Below are positions 16,768 through 23,800 of a DNA stretch of 28,016 nt, in pieces. Origin of the DNA: a virus. Taxonomy: Duplodnaviria; Caudoviricetes. The notes under the pieces were generated by a model that did no database searches, had not been told where the DNA came from, and worked only from the letters and a program-made list of their open reading frames with translations. Position 1 is the first letter of the stretch. Every line of letters begins with the position of its first letter. The translations under genes and the position numbers were made by a program. The stretch spans positions 1-28,016 of IMG/VR virus record IMGVR_UViG_3300037851_000204. One strand, 5' to 3'.

Positions 16768-17649
16768 ATGCTTCCGTACCTGACGCCACAGCGGTACAGG
16801 TCGATGGGGTTCGGCACGGCCGACCTTGGTGATGAGGCGTTGCGCTCTCACATCAACCGTGCCTCGCTTGCGGTCGACCGCTTCTGCAATGTCCCGATGG
16901 TCCCCGCCAGGTACACCTTCCGTGGCGGCACCATGGTGGACGAGGACCATGACTTCTCCCTCGGGGATGGGGTCTCGGTCCCGCAGCAGCGCATCTTCTG
17001 GCCCTATGCCAAGCCGATCAAGTCGGTCCAGAGCCTGCGCATCTACGTCACGAACTCACAGTACGTCGACTTCGAGGCATCGGAGCTCTTCGTGCGCAAG
17101 GACAGCATCGAGGTCGTCTCGCTGACGATGACGTCGGTCGGGCTGTTCGGGCAGTACACCCTGCCCATCATCGGACTGACCACGCCCACGGCGAGGATGT
17201 CCTATACCTACGGCTACTCGTTCACCGCCACCGAAGAGTTCGTAGAGCCCACCGATGGTCGGCTCTACCGGGCGCAGAACCAGTTCTGGGACGACACGGA
17301 CGTGGTGGTGAAAGTCAATGGCGCAGTGGTCACCACAGGGTTTACCATCGACAGGACCGAGGGTACGGTCCAGTTCACGACCAATCAGCCTGCTGACACG
17401 GTCGTCTCGGTCTCCTACGGATACCCCCTGCCCAACGAGGTCGCCCAGGCCACCGGCATCACCGTGGCCCGCTACATCGGCGACAGCGAACTCATCGCCA
17501 AGGGCATGTCGGGCGTCCAGTCCCTGCGGGTCGGCGAGATCTCCATCGAACGGCCCAGCCCACGGGCGACGTCGAACACGATGTCGGTCGACCTCCCCAA
17601 CGAGGCCAAGCAACTGCTGGACGGCCTCCAGTTCATCACGGCACGATGA
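16768..17649 (+). CDS. Head-tail adaptor/connector (gp6/gp15-like) with an inserted beta domain
   Basis: First gene after the capsid. MLPYLTP...LRSHINRASLAVDRFCN, YGYPLPNEVAQA, QSLRVGEISI and LPNEAKQLL fit the adaptor pattern. RBS GGAGAG. Confidence 0.72.
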   Translation: MLPYLTPQRYRSMGFGTADLGDEALRSHINRASLAVDRFCNVPMVPARYTFRGGTMVDEDHDFSLGDGVSVPQQRIFWPYAKPIKSVQSLRIYVTNSQYVDFEASELFVRKDSIEVVSLTMTSVGLFGQYTLPIIGLTTPTARMSYTYGYSFTATEEFVEPTDGRLYRAQNQFWDDTDVVVKVNGAVVTTGFTIDRTEGTVQFTTNQPADTVVSVSYGYPLPNEVAQATGITVARYIGDSELIAKGMSGVQSLRVGEISIERPSPRATSNTMSVDLPNEAKQLLDGLQFITAR

Positions 17650-18029
17650 CACTGCCGCTGCTCACGGATGCCCAGCTCGCAGGCATCCGTTCCTACGGCG
17701 AGCGAGGCATGACCGTGGACGTCACCTTCACCAGGATGATGCCCTATGCAGCCGACCCGGATAACCCGTTCGGAGACGGGGACATCGCCTATGAGCCAAC
17801 GTCGTTCACGGTCAAGGGCTGGATCATCAACGTCATGCACCGCGAACTCGAAGAGGATGCCAACCGAATCGTCGCCATTCATGACGTGACCCTGCGAGTC
17901 CCGGTCGGTTCCGACATCGAGACGCGAGACCTCGCCACCATCGGTGGGGTCCAGTACACCGTCATGGAGACGAACAACGAGGACACGTGGGCCGAGTGGA
18001 CTACGTGCTACCTCAAGAGGATCTCCTGA
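17646..18029 (+). CDS. Head closure/stopper protein (SPP1 gp16-like)
   Basis: 127 aa in the expected position, with VTLRVPVGSDIETRDLATIGGVQYTV. ATGA overlap. Confidence 0.65.
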   Translation: MTLPLLTDAQLAGIRSYGERGMTVDVTFTRMMPYAADPDNPFGDGDIAYEPTSFTVKGWIINVMHRELEEDANRIVAIHDVTLRVPVGSDIETRDLATIGGVQYTVMETNNEDTWAEWTTCYLKRIS

Positions 18030-19006
18030 TGCCATCGACCATGCGGATCTGGGTGGACGACCGTCGCACCCGCGAACTGGTCCTCCAGGCTGCGTACGGT
18101 GGGCTGAGAAGGGCTGCTGAGTTCTGTCTTGGGCGAGCCCGCTATCACGCTCCCGTCAGGGCGGTCTTCAAGCGTACGAGGCGTGGCCCGGAGATCCCTC
18201 GGGGCACCAATGTCAAGGGATACGAGAAGTCCGGATGGCGGTACATCCGCAGCGAGTCCCAGTACCAAGCGTTCATCAGGTCCAAGGAACGCCGCATCGG
18301 GATGGCCCGTGGTGCGAACGAGGATACCCAGATGGCCCTCGAGGAACTCAGGCGGGTCCAGATGGGCGGCACGATGCCACGCAGGGGAGAGAGGCTCTCG
18401 GAGAAGATGCGCTCCGGTGCTGGTGTCACCGGGCGTGGAGCGAACCGACTGGGGGGTACCCTTGGGGCTCGTTTCACCGGGCACAACAACACGCTGTTCC
18501 CGGTCTTCCGAACAGCATCTGGGACGAAGACAACAGGGGACTTCCGAAGATGGGGTGGCCCACAAGAGGTCATCCGACAACGCAGGGGTGAGCAGTCCCG
18601 GCTCATCGGTGACAGGTTCAAGGAGGGGTCAGAGGTTCCCAAGTGGGAACACCGGTTGTCATCGAGAGGACGACGCGAGTTCGCTGACAAGTCCGGTCCG
18701 GGTGGACTGCCACGTGCGCTCTACCATGGCCGCATCGGTGGTCGTCTGCGTGGGGAACTCCATGTCAGTGGACCAGAGATCGACAACGGGACGGTCTGGA
18801 TATACGTCGGTTCACCGACCGAGTACTCGATCCACCAGGAGTTCGGGACGACACGCCATCGGGCACAGCCGTTCCTGCGTCCTGCTCTCTATGAAAGCCG
18901 GAACATCCTGCGGACAGAGGTGCGCAAAGCCATCACCGACTTCCGCTCAGACGCTGTCTACAGAGGCGACAGGCGACCGACCTATCGCAAGAGGATGATC
19001 GACTGA
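18029..19006 (+). CDS. HK97 gp10-like neck/tail-completion protein with a ~190-aa basic insertion
   Basis: ARYHAPVR ... GRLR ... VGSPTEYSIHQEFGTTRHRAQPFLRPAL is the gp10 family signature. TGATG overlaps at both ends. Confidence 0.8.
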   Translation: MPSTMRIWVDDRRTRELVLQAAYGGLRRAAEFCLGRARYHAPVRAVFKRTRRGPEIPRGTNVKGYEKSGWRYIRSESQYQAFIRSKERRIGMARGANEDTQMALEELRRVQMGGTMPRRGERLSEKMRSGAGVTGRGANRLGGTLGARFTGHNNTLFPVFRTASGTKTTGDFRRWGGPQEVIRQRRGEQSRLIGDRFKEGSEVPKWEHRLSSRGRREFADKSGPGGLPRALYHGRIGGRLRGELHVSGPEIDNGTVWIYVGSPTEYSIHQEFGTTRHRAQPFLRPALYESRNILRTEVRKAITDFRSDAVYRGDRRPTYRKRMID

Positions 19007-19476
19007 TGGCATACCTGACGTCGCAGAACATCTGGCGGGCCCTCGTGGCTCAACTACGGTCGAACGTGGCACTCAGGGCCGCACTAACAGGCGGTATCCA
19101 TGAGGGCCTCGCTCCCGAGAACGTGCGCTATCCGTACATCGTGTGGACGCCCGCTGTCGCAGGGGTCAAGGAAGACACCTGGAATACGCGGATGATCATC
19201 TCGCTGGCGGATGTGTTCGTCATCTCGAGGTCATCGGTCGAGGCCAGTAACCTCGACCAGTCCGTACTCGAGACGCTCGATGGGGCGTCACTATCGGTAC
19301 AAGGACAGGCATCCCTTATCTGCCACCGGGTCGCGGACTTGCGGTTCGTCGATCAGGACGAAGAGGGGCGATTGGTCTATCGGATCGGTGGTTCGTACGA
19401 GATCGTCACGAACCAGATCGCAGGCGTGAGGTGGAACTCCAGTCAGTTCACCCTTGACGCCGCCTTCTCGTCCTGA
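19006..19476 (+). CDS. Tail terminator (SPP1 gp17 / DUF3168-like)
   Basis: ALVAQLRSNVALRAALTGGIHEGLAPENVRYPYIVW, DVFV and LETLDG. Lies immediately before the tail tube gene. Confidence 0.8.
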   Translation: MAYLTSQNIWRALVAQLRSNVALRAALTGGIHEGLAPENVRYPYIVWTPAVAGVKEDTWNTRMIISLADVFVISRSSVEASNLDQSVLETLDGASLSVQGQASLICHRVADLRFVDQDEEGRLVYRIGGSYEIVTNQIAGVRWNSSQFTLDAAFSS

Positions 19477-19488
19477 AAGGGGTAAGAC

Positions 19489-19911
19489 ATGGCTGCCAAC
19501 GCAGGCACCAAGCTCCATGGCAAGAACGGGGCCATCTACCTGAACGGCCCCAAGGGCACCGGCACGAAGGTGTCGACCAAGTCCCAGTGGGACCTGAACC
19601 TCGCACGCGACTACGTCGAGGTGACGACCTTCGGCGACACCAACAAGACGTACAAGGCCGGTCTGAAGGACATCAGCGGTTCCTTCAACGGCCTGCTTGA
19701 CGTCTCGGGCGACCTGATGGTCAACAACACGTCACTCGATGACGTGCCCATCTACCTGTATGCCGATGACACCGCCTCTCCCATCCTCATCGCGAGTGGG
19801 CCAGGGCTCATCGACAGCTCCATCTCTGCCTCCAACACGGACGCGGTTCGCGTGTCCGGCAACTTCCGGGCCTCCGGGAACTGGGCGGTCTTCAACGACG
19901 GCTCTCTGTAA
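19489..19911 (+). CDS. Major tail tube protein
   Basis: HGKNGAIY, WDLNLARDYVEVTTFGDTNKTYKAGLKDISGSFNG and VRVSGNFRASG. Strong RBS and codon bias; a hairpin follows. Confidence 0.85.
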   Translation: MAANAGTKLHGKNGAIYLNGPKGTGTKVSTKSQWDLNLARDYVEVTTFGDTNKTYKAGLKDISGSFNGLLDVSGDLMVNNTSLDDVPIYLYADDTASPILIASGPGLIDSSISASNTDAVRVSGNFRASGNWAVFNDGSL

Positions 19912-19938
19912 TCCCTACGTGACACTGATACCCTGATA

Positions 19939-19975
19939 TGTCGAGGGGTGTGAGCCCAGCCTCCGCCCCTTGACA
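19939..19975 (+). terminator. Stem-loop after the tail tube gene
   Basis: TGTCGAGGGGTG (19939-19950) pairs with CGCCCCTTGACA (19964-19975) including two G-U pairs, plus an inner GAG/CTC. No U-tract. Confidence 0.55.
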
Positions 19976-19988
19976 GCGAGGTGCATCA

Positions 19989-20306
19989 GTGGCCCATGGG
20001 CTCTTCCAGAAGATCCAGGGGAAGTCCGGTGAGATCAGGATAGAGACGCTGGGAGTCCTCGTGGCTTCTATCGCGTCATGGACGATGACACGGCGTGGAA
20101 ACGACGTCCCGGGTGCGGGATTGTACGACTTCCACGCCGTGTTTTCGTATGCCAACCCGGCTCTGTGGGCCGACGAAGACTACGAGAAGACCATCACGGT
20201 CAAGATCGGTAAGGATACGTTCCGCCTTGAGCAAGAGGAAGGCTTTGCCGCGGTCATCGACGGACGCAAGAGTCTGCGCATGCAAGGAGTCAAGATATGC
20301 CAGTGA
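19989..20306 (+). CDS. Hypothetical tail protein (105 aa), possible tail-tube paralog
   Basis: GTG start after GAGG. KIQGKSGEIRI..V...SW resembles the tube N-terminus KLHGKNGAIYL..V...QW. Confidence 0.55.
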   Translation: MAHGLFQKIQGKSGEIRIETLGVLVASIASWTMTRRGNDVPGAGLYDFHAVFSYANPALWADEDYEKTITVKIGKDTFRLEQEEGFAAVIDGRKSLRMQGVKICQ

Positions 20307-20662
20307 AGCCTCCCCCGCCCCAGCCGGTCGACGAGTTCGATGACGGGTTCAAGGTCGTGCATGCCACGATCCGTGGCAGGACTTATGTCCTCAAGGAACT
20401 CGCTGCCGACGAGTATGAGAAGTGCCTTGAGAAGGCGAGAGACGCAGACGGCACCACTGATAACGTCCTGCTCCTGAAACTCATGCTGGACAAGGCCATG
20501 ATCGAGCCGAAGGTGACGATGGCGGAACTCTGGAAGATGCCCTACTCCATCATCAGAAAACTCAACGACATCATCAACGACATCCACTTCTCGTATATCG
20601 AGACAGAAGAGGAGAAGGCCGAAGAGGCAGAGGATGATGAGAAGGGGGAAGTCCCGGCATAG
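20297..20662 (+). CDS. Tail assembly chaperone (G-like)
   Basis: Acidic 121-aa protein between tube and TMP with TIRGRTYVLKEL. RBS AAGGAG. Ends in a slippery site. Confidence 0.8.
   Translation: MPVKPPPPQPVDEFDDGFKVVHATIRGRTYVLKELAADEYEKCLEKARDADGTTDNVLLLKLMLDKAMIEPKVTMAELWKMPYSIIRKLNDIINDIHFSYIETEEEKAEEAEDDEKGEVPA
20644..20650 (+). other. Programmed -1 ribosomal frameshift site G GGG GAA
   Basis: GGGGGAA is in register (AAG GGG GAA) four codons before the stop. The -1 frame stays open to TAA at 20866-20868. Confidence 0.82.
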
Positions 20663-20868
20663 AGTGGACGTTCCCCGACATCTGCGGTCGGATCGCCCAC
20701 GAATGGCCACGCTACTCGCCAGTCGAGGTGGCCAGATTGCCCTATACGTACTGGCGAGTCCTGCGTAACCTGTACATCAGAGCGCACTACGTTCCTCCCA
20801 AGGGAGACGATGGTGACGTCGAGTCCGTCGACATGGACAAGACGTTGGGGATAAGTGATGGCAGCTAA
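20647..20868 (+). CDS. Frameshift extension (T part) of the G-T chaperone; full product 20297-20868, ~190 aa
   Basis: The -1 frame reads GSPGIEWTFPDICGRIAHEWPRYSPVEVARLPYTYWRVLRNLY...DGS*. It has no start codon near its beginning and fills the gap up to the TMP. Confidence 0.78.
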   Translation, partial: GSPGIEWTFPDICGRIAHEWPRYSPVEVARLPYTYWRVLRNLYIRAHYVPPKGDDGDVESVDMDKTLGISDGS

Positions 20869-23800
20869 GGGCCAGACCATCGACACCATCCGTGTCGGGT
20901 TGGGTCTCGATACCTCCTCGCTCAACCAGGACATCCAGAAGGAACTCGCTGGATTCACCATCCAGCCTTCTTTGGTCCGCCCGGAGTTCTCCAGTCTCAA
21001 GACGTTCGTCAAGGACATCAACGAGACGATGTCCAAGTCGGGCAACCGGAACGTCTTGGGCGTCAAGGCCCAAGTCTCTTTCAGCGAGACCCAAGCAAAG
21101 GGAGCCCTCAAGACCGTCCTCGAAGCGGTGGAGAGCAGCGGCCTGTCGGTCAAGGTCCCCATCGAGTTCGTCTATCCCCAGGGTGGGGGTGGAGCACCGC
21201 CCAACGCTGGTGGTGGGGGTGGGGCACCGCCACCGACCGGCGGACGCGGGGGGCCCGGTCGGCAGGGTGGTGGTGGTCCTCAGGCTGCGCCAGCGGCACC
21301 GGCTGCGGCTGGGCCAGCGACCGGCACGGCGACAGGGACGGGCCTTGCGACGGCTGCCGTGGTCACGATGGCCGCGTCGAACGCTGCTGCGAGGACCAGA
21401 CCTGCTGCTGGCGGTGCGGCTGCGGCTGCCCCTGCTGCTGGCTCACGTCGAGGAAGGGCAGCTGCCGCCGCTCCAGCCGAAGCCTCCCAGACCGAGTTCC
21501 AGCAGTATGTCAACGCAGGCATCGCTGCGGTCATGCCGGGTGTCATGCAGCAGATCCAGACGCAACAGGCAGCACAGGCTGCCCCGATCGCTGCTGCCCC
21601 GGGGACGCCTGGCTCCATCGGCCGACGCCCGCAGCGTTCCTCGTTCCAAGAGGTGTTCACGCCGCGTGACGCGGATATCAGGGGAGAGAGTCCGGAGTTC
21701 CGCCAGCGGGTGAAGACGATGCGGGGCATGATGCGCCGACCGGACTTCAGCCCGCAGCTCGTCCAGGAAGCCGTCATCGCGGCACGCAGTGGGTACGGCT
21801 TGACCGGACACCTCAACCCGCTCTCCCAGCATGCTGCTGACCTTGCCCCCTACCAGCCGTTCTACGAGCATGCCAAGGAACTCTATGCACGTGGCCAGGA
21901 GCACCGTGTCGCTGTCAGGAACGCACGGGCGCAAGGGCCGATGGACGATGCCCGTAAGGCACGGGCACAGGCGCTCAACACCGCGATCTCGAGCGGTGAC
22001 TGGGCGACGCTTGACACCATGTACCCAGGCGTCGGGGAACTCTTCGCACAGGGACGCCCCAAGGAAGCGGAAGCCGCGTACTTCGCAGCCAAGTACAAGG
22101 ACCCGAAGAACTGGGAGAAGCCACACTCCTATGCCCAGGAGATGCTGGGTACCCGTCGCGGGCAGATGCGCAAGCGATGGGACTACATGGCCCAGATCCA
22201 GCCAGAGGACTTCGCCCTCCTGTCATGGACGGGGAGCGGTCTGCAATGGGAGGCTGGGGAAGAGGCACCCGGTGGACTCGAGCCGACATGGGACGAGACC
22301 GGCACGCTCTCATGGGCTCCTGCGCCCGCTGGCAGTGGCGGGTGGGCTTCGTATGCCCCGACCAGCAAGGTACGAGACAGGCTGTCGGCTGCCGCTGGAG
22401 GTGCTGCCCCGGCGCCGCCAGTGATCTCCCGGCAGCGTCGCTTCGAACTCATGGCCAGCGACCCAGAGGCGTTGATCGTCGAGCTGAACACGCTCAAGGA
22501 GCAGGCGAGGTTGGCCCCGCTTGCTCCCGACGAGGAAGAGCACAGGATCAAGCTCGAGAAGGCCATCGCTGCCCAGAAGAGGGCGAAGGGCAGACTGGTC
22601 GGCGGGAAAGGGGAGACCCCGTTCCCGACATCGGCCCATCCCTTGTATGGCCCTGTCCTCGCACGTCTCAGGGAACTCGCCACCGGCAACACGCCTACTG
22701 GGTCACCGGAGGCGCTGCTGGAACGCAAGGTCCAGCACGAAGAGATGGTCGGCCTGCGGTCCTGGCTGCAGGAGCAGGACCCCGGCCTATTCGGCCAGTT
22801 CATGGCAGCAGCGTCATCTCCAGGCCAGCAGGCACGTGCCGACACGCTCTCACGAAAGATCGCCTCCCTGCCGGAAGGCTCCGAACTTCCCAGGGATGCC
22901 GCCCTCAACCGGACCGTCGGTGATGTCGCAGGGGTAGGACGTCGCAAGGCCCGCACTCTGAGCCGGATCAAGAAGGACGAGAAGGCCGAACGCGATCGTG
23001 TCGCCATGCTCGCCCAGGACCGTATCGCTGCCCTGACGACACCCATGCAGGGCGGCGGTTACCGGAAGGGCGACCGCTGGTGGAGGGGCGGTTCATCCAA
23101 TCAGGATCTGTGGGTCCCGGGGCGCCATGTCGTGGCTGGCGAGACCATGGATGAGCCGTACTCGACGCTGGGCAGCGGTCTGTACCTGACCGATATCGAG
23201 GGAGCCCGCAGTTACGCCCATGTCCGCTCGACGCGTGGTGAGGCAGCGGGCGGTCTTCCCGTCATCGACTCCCGCATCGTCGACATCCCAGAAGACAGGA
23301 TCTGGCAGCCGCAGGGCGGCTATTTCGATGACCCGGAACTCCTCAAGGCCTGGCAGGGTCGCCTTAAGGACCACATCCGCGAGGTGCGTGACGACCCTCA
23401 TGCATGGATGCTGCAGGGTGGCCCAAAGCTGACGCTCGACTACCTCAATACCGTCGACCTGTATCGAGACAGTGCGATGCGTGGGCCCATGAAGGGCAAG
23501 CCACCGACGCTCCACCAGGCCATCGGGGCCAACTATGGGGTCAACCAGCCACTCTTCTCGGACTTCATGCAGCGCCAGGGCTTCGAGGGGCTCCTCTCCC
23601 AGGAGGGTGGGGAAAGCAGCGACGAGGGACGCGGCTTCCTGCACCCGTCCCTCGTCGTCTTCGACCCACGGAACAAGCTCCTGCATCGGCAGGGTGGTGG
23701 GCTGCTTGACCGGCTGATGCAGGCCAGGATCCAGAGCCTCATGGGCAAGGGCCAGACCAAGGAGTCGCAGGAACTCCAGAAGAAGCTCGAGGACCTCCGG

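Noticed and set aside
12863-17652. Minus-strand ORFs of 198-480 aa opposite GT4, protease, capsid and adaptor
   Set aside because: They arise from stop-codon scarcity on the antisense strand in GC-rich DNA and fully overlap well-supported genes.
18161-18739. Intein or intron in the gp10-like gene
   Set aside because: No splice-junction residues or homing-endonuclease motifs, and the reading frame is uninterrupted.
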